Shown: positions 38,951 through 49,900 of the stretch, piece after piece
How positions within the stretch are numbered: the stretch's first letter is position 1
How the letters are laid out: each line of letters opens with the position of its first letter
From: Lama guanicoe
Lineage: Eukaryota
Assembly (NCBI GenBank): GCA_013239625.1
Contig: MU053881.1
Coordinates: 6,161,957 to 6,225,956, forward strand
DNA length: 64,000 nt
Reading direction: 5' to 3'
The notes under the pieces: model-generated
Told to the model about the DNA's origin: nothing
What the model saw: the letters and a program-made list of their open reading frames with translations, nothing else
The model's database searches: none
Made by a program: the position numbers and the translations under genes

Positions 38951-40882
38951 GGCACCACGCCAGAGAGAAAGATAAAGACGTGTGTCTGTACCCCTAAAAG
39001 TCCCAAGAATTGAGGGTCATCCTAGAGAAACAACAAAAATAATTTAGAAAAACAAAACCCACTAAGTTTATTATGGGGAAATATAATAAAAGTGAGGGAA
39101 ATTGGAAATCGACTTCAGCGCCCGAGGAAGGGACTGCTGGACCAGCAAAGGCAAAAAAAGGTCGCACTAGTTTTTAGATATTCAAGTTCTCAGCAGAAGG
39201 GCCAACCTTTCCCATCCTGATAAAGGCGTTCATTTGGCTTTTTTAGAGGAGAAAATGGAAGCATTTCAGGAAGACACTCATAGAAGAGACCCGAAGCTCT
39301 GAGTCACCCTAGTTCCACTCTGGGGTGTCTGTAAGTCCCCAGCGACCGAGATCAGTAGGGCTAGAGGTAGAGCTAAGGGCAGAAACGCTGAGAGCGCCAG
39401 TTCTTTCCGACTCCCTCCCTTTCTTCGAGGCCTGCCATGCACATTCCCCGCAGCCCGCCTACAACGAAGGCGTTCAAATACAGAAGCCCGCAGGGTGGCT
39501 CGTGGGCCCAAGGCGTGCAGGGCAATGAGACGCGCGGGGCTCCTACAGGGCTTCTGGGATGGCATTCAAAAAGGTTTAGCCTCAGGGAGCTCCTGGGAGC
39601 CCGGCCTGGAGTGGGGAAAGGAGGGAGAGAGCGCGCGAGATGGAGCGAGGTAGAGGCAAAGAGATTCTGAAAGACCAGACAGAAAACAAAAAGGACCAAA
39701 ATATATATATATATATGAGGAGGGACGGAGAGAGCCAGAGGACTGGAGAGTCAGAAATGGAGAAGAGGAGGAAGAGAGGGTATGACAAAGAAAGATGAGA
39801 AACTAAAAGCAACAGAGAACGAACCTATATAGAGAACATAAAATTGTAAAGAAAAGGAAAAAATAGTAACAGAAACCAAGAGTAACAAATAGAGGGGAAA
39901 ACAGAGAACGTCGTAGAGAAAGAGATGGAGAGGCCAGAAAATAAAAGTTTTTAAAAGACTGAAAGGGAGAATGATAAAAGGGGAAAAAAATCAACGAGCA
40001 AGCGGAAATGTTCACGGATGCTTCCGGTGTGTTTGTCGTTGTCGGAAGGGGCACCCGCTCCAGATCTCGTAATCCCCAAACTTCCAGCTTCTGAGCCAGG
40101 TCAAGCGGGTAGACGGGGCCACGCCGCTTCTCACCTGGGGCTGTGGTACTGGGCGTTTGGGCGCCACCCCCCCTCCTCTCCTGTGAAAACGCTGTGGCTG
40201 CAGTGACGTCACTTGACGTCACGCTCCACCTGCGGTCCCACACAACCCAAAAGGGCGCGGATATCCCGGGGTTGTGCGCCGCCCTTGCTCCCTAGACGCC
40301 TATCGTTTGGAGACCCGGGATGCGCACCGGCTCTGGGCGCACAGCCCTCCCTTAGTGCGCCCAGATCCCTTGAAGCCAGTCGGCGGGGCCGGCTCAAGGC
40401 CTCTCCGGGGCCTGCCTCGTTGGAGAGAGACAGTGGGTTGTGAGCAGAGGAAGAGGGGTGAGATTTGCGTCCCAAGAAGTTCGAGGTCGCCGCTCCTCCC
40501 ACCCCCTAGGTGGGTGGGTGACCTAGGACGGTCGAAGTACCCGTCCAGGTGGGGTCTTTCACTCCCCAACTCAGCCTGACACTGGTTGCTCTGCGACCTC
40601 TGGGCCTGGAGTGCCCTTCCCACGTCCACCCCTTCCCGCGGGCACCCAGACTACGGGCGGCCGGCACGCACTGACCTGCACCGCGGGTCCTCCGCGGGGC
40701 CCCGGACCGGGGTTCGAGCTGAGCTGAGGCGGATATCCACGAGGATCGGAGAAGAGGACGCGCGCCCGCACACCGCCGCTCGGCCTCTACCGCCACAAGA
40801 GTAGGGCGCAGGGCCGGGGGTCGCCGAGCGTTATTGGAACGAAAACGAAATAAAAGCGGCGTTAAGTGAAATAGCTAACTTT

Positions 40883-40888
40883 TTTATT
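40883..40888 (-). terminator. TLX3 distal poly(A) signal
   Basis: AATAAA on minus strand in an AT-rich patch, followed by U/GU-rich ttttatttcgttttcgtt. Confidence 0.55.
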
Positions 40889-41056
40889 AAATAAAACGAC
40901 TTAAATAAAAGGAACGGAAAAGAAGAGTGGACTCAGCCTCAACGCAGGGTGCCCCAGCCCCTGGCGCTTCCCCCAGCCGCCTTGTGGGCCGCCCCTCCTC
41001 TAGCGGCCCCCGCGGGGGAAGCAGGTGGCCGGTTTCTAAAGAAAAAAGCCAAAACT

Positions 41057-41062
41057 TTTATT
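41057..41062 (-). terminator. TLX3 proximal poly(A) signal
   Basis: AATAAA on minus strand about 335 nt after the stop, followed by a U-rich stretch. Confidence 0.7.
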
Positions 41063-41395
41063 ATTTACACGTTTGGGCAAAAGTACAAAGTATAATACAG
41101 GCGCCCAGCCCGGGGGGCTGCGGGCGAGGGGCGGAGAAACGTAAGGCGCTTTCTTTGTCAGGCCCGGGCCTGGGGCGGGACTGGGCGCGGGGCGGAGGCT
41201 CGGATTGTGCAGCCGCTCGGAGCCCGGGCCCAGCCCCCCTCCGCGGCCGGCGGAGATGCGGCCGCGCCCCGGGGCCTACTCGAGCTTGGCGGCCCCTTCC
41301 CCTCTCGGCCTTGGTTCCCCCCCAGCCCGGCTGGGGGCTCGGAGCGCCCCGCCGGGTCGGGGCGGCGATCCTTGCCGACGGTACGCGCTGGTGGC

Positions 41396-41606
41396 TCACA
41401 CCAGAGAGGTGACGGCGGGGACCTTGGAGCTATCCTCCTCCCAGGGCTGCAGATTCTGCAGAGCAAAGAGCGACGAGTTGTGCAGACAGAGCGGGTCGGG
41501 CTGGATGGAGTCGTTGAGGCTCTTTTGGAAGGCGTCGTGTTGCAGCTGCAGCATGAGCCGGCTCGCCTGCTGCCGCTCCGCCTCCCGCTCCTCCGCCGTC
41601 TGCCGC
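41396..41606 (-). CDS. TLX3: TLX3 coding exon 3
   Basis: gtgcag|[76 protein letters not shown]; exons total 876 nt = 291 aa plus stop. Confidence 0.98.
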
Positions 41607-42487
41607 CTGCACCGGGGGAGGGAGAGGGACAGCACCGTCAGGCACCCGGCACTCCGGGGCTGCCGGCGGGGGCCCCAGCACGCCAAGGAGCCGAGGCCAG
41701 CCGGGAGCCTCGAGGCACTTAGTCCGTCTGCCTCCCCACCCGCGCTGTGCGCTGGAGACTCGCGAGTCCGGGGGGTGGGTTGGGATCGTTTGTTTTTGTC
41801 GTGCGCCGGAGATCGCCAAGAGGGAACTCCGCCCGCCGCCCACCTGCACGCCTGGGTTTTGTGACTTCGCCAACAACAAAGATTGTTTCTTTGCGGGATA
41901 ACGAGAGGAGGGCGTGTGTGTAACTGACTAGATTATGCGGGCAGCCAGGTCACCGTGGTCCACGGGTGGGGCGAGCGGGCTGGCTCCGCGCCTCCCGGTG
42001 TCCCCGGGCCCGCTCAGCCTCATCCAGTTCTCCTAGGCTCTGTCTCAAACCCCTCTTGCAGAACGCGATCGCTTCGCCGTTTACGGGTTAAATCGAAACA
42101 AGGATCGGGTAGAAACGGGGCTGGAATCGGGCTGGGCAGCTAGAGGGGGAACTCGGAGTCCGCGCGTATTGTAGGAAATCTGAGAGGGCAGAGAGCAAGC
42201 AGGAGGGATTAGGGGAGAGCTGGTGAGAGGAAACCAAACGAGCTCAGGAGACGGAATAAAACATCGAGAGAGTTGGAGAGGCTCACGAACGCGACACGGG
42301 GATGGCAGTGGAGGAGAAGCCGAGGCGCGGGAGAGTGGGGAGAGGCGGGCAGGAAGTCAAGCAGGGAGATAAAACCTGGAAAGGAGTGGGGAGGCACAGC
42401 CTTAGGAGGGCGGGTAGTGGGTATTACAGGATGGAGAGAGCGGCGCAGGGCGGGCGAAGGGCAGGTGCAGGGCCGGGCCTCTCTCAC

Positions 42488-42731
42488 CGCCACTTGGTCC
42501 TCCTGTTTTGGAACCAGGTCTTGACCTGCGCGTCCGTCATTTTGAGGGACTTGGCGAGCGCCGCCCTCTCGGCGGAGGCCAGGTACTTCTGGCGGTGGAA
42601 GCGCTTTTCTAGCTCGCAGATCTGCACCCGAGAAAAGGATGTGCGCGGCTTCTTACGCTTGGGCGGCGTCCTGTTCTGGTAAGGGTGGCCGATGCGCCGG
42701 GTCACGGTGAAGGGCGTGAGCGCTGCGGCCG
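42488..42731 (-). CDS. TLX3: TLX3 exon 2 (homeodomain)
   Basis: ccgcag|CGGCC...TGGCG|gtgag; [57 protein letters not shown], with the TLX-diagnostic Thr before WFQN; 244 nt. Confidence 0.99.
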
Positions 42732-43084
42732 CTGCGGAGACACACCAGGCCCCCTGAAGCTCAGCCCGGCTCGACTGCCATTCAGGCCCCATGCGTACCC
42801 GGTGCCGCCCAGTGGGGCGCAGCGTCCTCGGCTATTTCGTTGGTCCCGCGCTTCCCCAGCGGCCCCAAGCCGTTTGGGAGATGCCCCCCTCTTCCCCAGG
42901 GTACAGGCTTATTTCCCCAAACTCCCTGATTTTCCTCCCCTCTGTGGTTGCCAGGGCCCCTGGGCACTGAGGCCTCCACCAAGCTTGGGCCTCCGAAATC
43001 GTTTCTCAAATGGAGCACATCGGGCGCGGGGCCTCTGACCCCAGGAGGGCCGAGGGCCTGTGCCTGTTTGGCCACCTTGCTCAC

Positions 43085-43505
43085 CTGTGAAACGGTCTTT
43101 CACGAAGCGGCGGCTGCTCTCCATCCAGGGGAAATTGAGGCCGCCCAGGCTGGAGACCGTGGGCACGGAGGGCATGGCGGGCAGCGCGCTAGGCAGAGGC
43201 GGCGGCACGGCCCCGGGCAGCGGCCTGTGCGCTGGCACCCGGATCACGCCGGCGGGCGCCAGGCTTAGGTTGACACTATAAGATCCTGCATCCTCGAAGG
43301 GCGCTCCGAGGCCGGCAAAGGAGGCGGGCAGAGATGGGTACGTGGCGCCCGGACGGCCCCCGGGGGGCCCTCCCAGGTAGCTGGCGCCATCGGGGCCCCG
43401 CGGGGCTGGTGCGCTGTCCTGGTCCGGGCTGTTGAGGATCTGGTCGATGCCGAAGCTGATGGGCTCGTGCGGGTGCGGGGTCTGCGCGCTGGCAGGCGCC
43501 TCCAT
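43085..43505 (-). CDS. TLX3: T-cell leukemia homeobox 3 (HOX11L2/RNX) coding exon 1
   Basis: ATG 43503-43505; MEAPASAQTPHPHEPISFGIDQIL (eh1 motif)...FPWME (PBX-interaction motif)...KDRFT; donor G|gtgag; 421 nt. Confidence 0.98.
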
Positions 43506-43700
43506 CCTGGGTGGGCAGAAGGGCTGGGCTGGGCTGGGCGGGGAGGCGGCTGGGTCCCCGTTACGGCGCGGCCATGGAGCGCCCGGCGCCTCTCGTCGCA
43601 CTGAAACTTTGCCAAGAGTGCGCGGGCCCGACAGGCTCTGTGTCATCTTTCTTGAACCGAACCTGGAGTTTCCGCTGCTAATTCCTCTCCTGCCGCAGCC

Positions 43701-43737
43701 ATTGGCTGCGATCAACAAGCCTCTCTCCTCCCATTGG
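43701..43737 (-). promoter_or_regulatory. Two CCAAT (NF-Y) boxes in the TLX3 promoter
   Basis: AGCCAATG on minus strand twice (cores 43701-43705 and 43733-43737, 32 bp apart); Inr-like TTCAGT near 43602. Confidence 0.75.
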
Positions 43738-46279
43738 CTCCTGGCTTTCAATAAAGGCCTAATTCATGGAAATAGGAGCTTAGGGACTGTTCCAAGGTGA
43801 CATCATTTTAACAAACGAACAATAGGTCAAATTTATTAGCCGGGATAATGGGCGGCGGATATTAGCGCCCGAACCGCAGCCTCCCAAACCCGAAATCTAA
43901 CGAAGCTGCAATTAGCAGACGCTCCCCGCTCCTCCCGGCCAGGGCCGCTTCCTGGCCGCCGCGCGGGGCGGGCAGGGCGCTCTGCTGGTGAAATTGTCGT
44001 TTGCTGAGGGGGGTTTCGTTTTCTTCCAAATTTTTTCATCTGAGCAAAAATCAAACCGTATGAATCCTTTCAATTACAATGGAGTTGCAACCCCCGAACG
44101 ACCCTGCGGAAACCGCGGCAGCGTTCTGGATACCCCATCGCCACGGGAGCAACGAAACGGGCGCACAGCGGGGCGCAAGCTCCGCGCTCCTTGTGCGCGG
44201 GGTGAGGACGGCACCGGAGCGTGTCCCGCGCTCGCGAGAACCCCAACCCGCGTGGGGAGAAATTCGCCCCTGCCTGGGCTTCGGCCGCGGAGTCGCGGCC
44301 ACTTTGGAGACGCTCCCTGGCTCCAGCTGGGAGGACCGAGGCGTGACTCTCAGGTGCCCACGCGTGCCAGGCCTGGCTGAACTAGGGACCCTGGGTCGCC
44401 AGGTGGGGAGCGGGATCCGGTCCCTCAAAATTCGTTGCAGGATGGACCGGACTGTAGTCATACGTGGGGACCCACCCATGGCGCATCAGGTGTGGGACCT
44501 GGGGTTCCCGAGGGACATGGGCGGGGGCGGCTCATAATTAAAGCAAGTAGCGGGGTTTCTTTGGGTAACCGGAGCAGCGAGCTCTTCCCGCTCCAGTCCA
44601 GCCAGGGCTCTGGGACCACTCCCTGCTCTGCCCACGCCCTCGGAGACTGTGCAGGCAGGCCGAGGGGCACCGGTGACAGGCCCGTGCAGGGCAGCCCCCA
44701 TCCCTGCGCCAGCCTCAGCTGTTTCCCCGGGGGTGGCTTACAGAATCGTTTTCTACCTGCTAATTCTAAAATCGTTAGGTGCAAACTGAGACTGCTGCCC
44801 CGTTGCCAGGTCTCTACCTCTTGCTTTCAGTCTGGCGGACGTGGTGAGAACTCGGTTGCCCTGTTGGCCGGAAAGGTGTTCACCTTCGGGCCAGGTCACT
44901 TCCTAGCTGAGTGACCTTGAGCAAAGCTTTAGGCTTTAGTTTTCTCATTTATGAAACGGGACTGTGTGAACTGCGGGATGGTCGTGAGTCGTTGAGAGAG
45001 CCCGGGTTAGGGCCTCCCCACACCTACCCCCCAGGGTACCAGTTGATGTATTATTCTCACCATTCGTGTTTGGTTGTTTGCAATTTTATTTGCGAAGGCT
45101 CAGTATCTTGGAGAGAAAGGTGTATTCGTCTACCGTGGGCTCAAGTCTCAGAGGGCAGGGAAGGCAACCTGCCCTCAATCACAGGAGTCCTCAGAATTCG
45201 CAATCTTAAGGCCTGGCTCCCTGAGTCAGGTCACCATCCACTCTGTGACCTTGGGCAAATGTCTGGCCCTAGTGGAACCTCAGTTTTGGGTGGGGAGAAT
45301 GAGGCCGTTGGGCTCCGGGCCAGCCCTCCTCCACTGCTTCTGGAGACCAGAACCTTCGGATGGAGTAGATGCCATTGCTCGGGGCGGGGGGCCTCCCATT
45401 TCTAATTCAGGCTCTGTCACCGGGGGCCTGGGGGTTGTTGGGTCCCTCATTGCCTCTCCTGGAGCCTCATTTTCCTAATTTGTAAAACGGAAGGGGTAAT
45501 AGCTACCCCCAGGGTGGCTGTGAGAAGTAAATGAGAGAAGGTCTGTGGAATTGCCTGTGAGAAACTGGCGGTTACATAATAACTTAAACGACAACAGTAG
45601 AGCAACTGTGGGTTGAGAACTTAGCACGTGCCAGGCAAGGGTAGGGGCACTTATTTATTTATTCCTCACAACCACCTTGTGCCAAAAGGGCTGTTATTGA
45701 TTCCATTTTTCACGTGATGAGGGAACTGAGGCTCAGAGCATTCTGACGCAGAGACTGGCAAAGACTCCTCACTAGCTCCACTTTCTTCCTGGCTTCCAGA
45801 GCCCTGGATTCCAGGCCTGTCTTTGCCGCCTCCCAGCTCTGTTCAAGGGGACGCACAATAGGTGTGTGGGCAGAGAGTTAGTTAGGAAGAAGGTGTGGGT
45901 CGTGTGGGCAACATTGCTTCCCGAGTATGGTGAATGGGCCCAGTGCTTAAGAATCAAATCCCCACCGTTGTTTATCAGCTGTGGGCTCAGGGAATCCTCT
46001 TTGTGTCTCAGTTTCCTCATCTGGTAAATCACCAACGCTAACATCATGGGATTAAATGAGGTTTTCCAGGCAAGCATCTGGCACAGTGCCTGGTGTGCGG
46101 GAGGGCTCAGCCTCACTGAGCTCCTGGCTGCCTGGGACCCTAGCTTCTCAGTCATCCAGCAGTAGGCGCTTGGAGTCACTGAGCACAAACCCCCTTTCTT
46201 TCCCAGCCCAGACAGAACAGGGCTGTTGGGCAGCTCAGGAAAAGGAGTAAATGGAGCAGGTGGTAGGTAGTCCCTGGGA

Positions 46280-46457
46280 CAGTGTTTTTGAAGTATGTTC
46301 CCGGACCAGCAGCATCAGCATCACCTGGGAATTCGTTAGGAATGCGCATTCTTGGATCCCAGCCCAGATCAGTACCCCTGGGGTTGGGTTCAGCAGTCTG
46401 TGTTTAACAAGCCTTCCAGGTGATTCAGATGCCTACTCATGCGAATTTGGAAGCTGG
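46280..46457. mobile_element. MER5A (hAT-Charlie) fossil
   Basis: ggaccagcagcatcagcatcacctgggaa...tctgtgtttaacaagccttccaggtgattc. Confidence 0.85.
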
Positions 46458-46907
46458 TGCCCAGAATATTGTCCATTTCATCCAAGTTTTCAAATTCAGT
46501 GCTATAACATTGTGGGGCGATTCTCTCTTGTTTTGAAACTCTCGTGTTGAATCTGTGTTACCATTCTCTGTGTTTCATTCTTAGTGTTACTCAGTTGTGC
46601 CTTTTGATCATATTTGCCAAAGGTTTGTCTCTTTTATTGGTCTTAAAGAAAAGACTTTTATTTCATTCTCTTTTTACATAGCATCTCTTTCAGAAATGTT
46701 TTGTTTTATTTTTATTACTTAATTTCTTCTTTGTTGAGGTGAAAATTCAGTTCATTTTGGTCAATCTTTTTTTTTTTATAAATACATTTAACATCATACA
46801 TTTTCTTCTGAGCACTGTTTAGGCCAAATATTATTTGATGTATATTTGGTGTTTCTGAAATTATAATTTTTTGCTGTGCCTTCTTAACCTTTTATCAACT
46901 GAACAAT

Positions 46908-46936
<29 letters not shown>
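46908..46936. repeat. (CA)14 microsatellite
   Basis: Directly visible. Confidence 0.95.
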
Positions 46937-46939
<3 letters not shown>

Positions 46940-49900
46940 AAAATCTCTAAAGGACTGGGCAGTTGGCATGGTGGCCCAGACTTGTGAGGCCAGAAAGACT
47001 TCCAGGATGCAGCATACCTTCTCCTCTTCCTGATGAAGAAGCTGGGAGAAGGGTTAGACGTGGTGGAGGCCTCAGGTGTCATACAGGAGCAAGGGAGGCT
47101 TCAGGGATGAGAGGCAGGATGTTGACACTTTCAGCTGTCCGTGTGCAGGAGGCCCGAATTCAGGCTCGCTCTGCCACTGACTTCATGTGTAGGCTGGGAC
47201 TCAATTTCCCTGCCTATAAATGGGATAGAGTTTGAATCATGGCTCTTGAACATATTTGGGTCAGCAACCTAATTTGAAAGATTGATGAAAATATTATGGA
47301 CCACTTCCATAGACGAAGACACAAACACCTCAGTTTGGCATATCGTGGGTTGCTCACCTGCCCACCCTCCATTGTTAATTCACATGCCCTGGTTAGGATT
47401 CTGTAGAGGCCCTTCCATTTCTTACGACGGAAGGCTCTAAAGACACTTGCCCAGACTTATTCACTCATTCATTCATCTGTTCAGGTATTTACTGAGCACC
47501 TACTCAGATTTTCTGGGCTGTGTCCCAACTTTGGGCCTCAGTTTCCCCATCTGATAGTGGCAGTAATGCAGTCTGAGCTTTTCATCAGTGCCTCCCCGCT
47601 ACTGGGAGGACTAGGGGAAGGACCTTCCTGAGGAGGTCCGAAAGGCCTCAGAGACTCTGCCAGCTGGAGGAAGGCCAAGACACCTGGTGCGGTGCATGAG
47701 GCTTAAAAACCAGTTGGCGTAAGGAAGTGAAGCCCCTTGCCCAGGGGCGTGCGGTGGGGAAGGGCTAGAGCTGGGGTCTGAACCCAGTACTGCCTTGACT
47801 GCAAAGTCCATGCTTTTCCCTTTCCCTCATCCCCCCAGTTCTGCTCTGGAAGCAGGTAGTAAAGACTCTAAGTCACAGGACTGAGTAGGGAGGGGAAATC
47901 TGTGGAGGCTCTGGGTGAAGGAGCCCCGGAGCTGGGTGAGGGCTGCTGGCAGCAGGTTCACTTGTCTCCGCATTGGCCCCGGGAGAGTCTCCGGGGCAGA
48001 AAAGCTGTTGGTGGCACTCAAGTCCATGTCCCGGTGCTGGCCCGGGGCTCACTGGAGGGTCGTCCGGAATTTGTGGCATTAAGTTGAATAGCACACAGCA
48101 AGGTCAGACGAGGGGGTAAGGAAGAAGGGGTCAGAAGTGTGCTCAGTTCAGCACTCGCCACCCCCGGCTCCGCCCACAGCAGGTGCCTTTCCATGCTTTA
48201 AGACCCAAGTCAGCTATCACCTCTCTGCCTGTCCTCTAGAGCAGCCCCCTGGCCCCCAGCCATTTTCTGTCCCTGTTTATTTTCATCATTGCACTCATTG
48301 CCTTTGGACTCTATCTTATTTGTTCTGCTCACCAGCTCTCTGAAGGCAGAGACTTCACCTCGTTCACTCGTTTATCTATAGTAGGGGAAGGAATGAGCGA
48401 ATGAACGATTTCCAGGATCCTCGTGCTGAGTCAGACCCTGGCCCTGGCCTTGAGGAGGGCCCAGCCTGGCAGGGAGACTGGCAGCAGCAGGAGGGAGCTG
48501 CCACGGGGCTAGGGGTTTAGGAGAGAGGGTGTAAGGCGGGCAGGGGGAGGGAAGGAGAGATTCCTTCCCTGGTGTGGCCTGGTGGAGGATGTGGTGGTGG
48601 CAGGGCAGAGAGCACGCAGTTTCAGGGGCAAGGGCAGGCGTCCAGGGCAGGTGCACATGGTGGCCTTCTGAGCTGCTCCACACCTGATCTTGTGCCCTCG
48701 TTTCCTCCCGCCCCATCAGCCATTTTTCCCATTTTGTGTTTTACAACTTTCTTCTCTTCCTGACAGATCTACTAAATTTGACTTTGTTTCAACATTTTGT
48801 TGGGCAAATTACATTAAGATGGATGGCGCAGGTACCCTTTATGGTTTATTTATCGTGATACTGTTTGTATCTCACGCTTATAAATAACTTATGTTATAGC
48901 TTTTGTTTGTGGAAATGTAACTTACATATTTTATTACGCTTTCTGTAAACCTCAAAAAGAATCTTGTCAAGGAAGCGCTCTTATCAGCAATCCAAACTAT
49001 GGGACGTAAAACCCGACACTAACATTATTTTTTAATATGCCAAGGAGGCAGGTTACTCTTGCTGTAGTTTGAAAGGTTTGCTGTCATCGTAAACGTGCAC
49101 CTCAATAAAACATTAAAAAGTCTCAGGAATGATTTTATAAAGTTCAGGGCGGAGGATGAATCGGTGGCAGAACCCATAGACACAGCACATAAGGGGCCCA
49201 GGTGCTGGCCTGGCCTTTCTTGGGGGTTTCCCAGCCCCACCTGGGGGTCCCAGAGGGTCTGTGTCCACCTCTCCACCCAGCTGTCCTCAAAGCCCAGTGG
49301 TGAAGCACCTAGCTTAAGGGGTATGAGTGGAAAAGAGCCATGAGTTTTGCAGTCAAGCTGACCTGACTTTGAATCCTGGCTTGTCCACTTTTTAGCTATA
49401 TGGCTTGGGTCAGTCTTTTAGTCTCAGTTTTCTCATCTCTAAAATGGGGTCACTACTTACTTAACTTTCGTATTGGGAAGCATTAAAGTCAAATGAGATA
49501 GTGATTTGCAGTGCTTAATGGGTGCCTGTTAACTGATAGTGGTGCCAGCTATTTAATGTTCACCTTGAGGCTCCCCCTTTCTCCCTCTCTGCTCTGCTCT
49601 CCGGGTGTGTTTTCCCTCCCTCCCTCCTTCCCTGAAGGTGCTGAGTTCTCTCAGATGCTGCCCCCCACCCTGCCGGGCCGGCCTGCTTCTAGACAAGGCT
49701 CCCATATGCCAGATCTTTCACTTTCCCCAGTTTCTCTCGCCAAACCTACCCTGTTCTTTGTTCTTACGCTCAGCTCTGTTGGTAGTTAACTCACTCAGTC
49801 ACTCATCTCAGCTAACGGCCAATGCCAGGCCAGTTGCACACACTGAAAGGGGCCTCTGTACATAAGCCAAAGGCAGTTCTAGGTTGGCAGGACCTGTGGA

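Larger units (their letters stand above)
40000..44700. promoter_or_regulatory. Large CpG island covering the whole TLX3 gene
   Basis: Very high GC and CpG from 3' flank through promoter, typical of developmental homeobox genes. Confidence 0.9.

Noticed and set aside
42909..43751. 280-aa ORF suggesting an N-terminally extended TLX3 (in-frame ATG at 43644-43646)
   Set aside because: The ORF starts at a non-ATG codon upstream of the CCAAT boxes and reads through the donor into intron 1. The upstream ATG lies 5' of the likely initiator near 43602. The canonical ATG gives the expected 291 aa.
40200..45480. Antisense and overlapping ORFs around TLX3, including the 219-aa plus-strand ORF
   Set aside because: Shadows of GC-rich coding and CpG-island sequence; no independent evidence.
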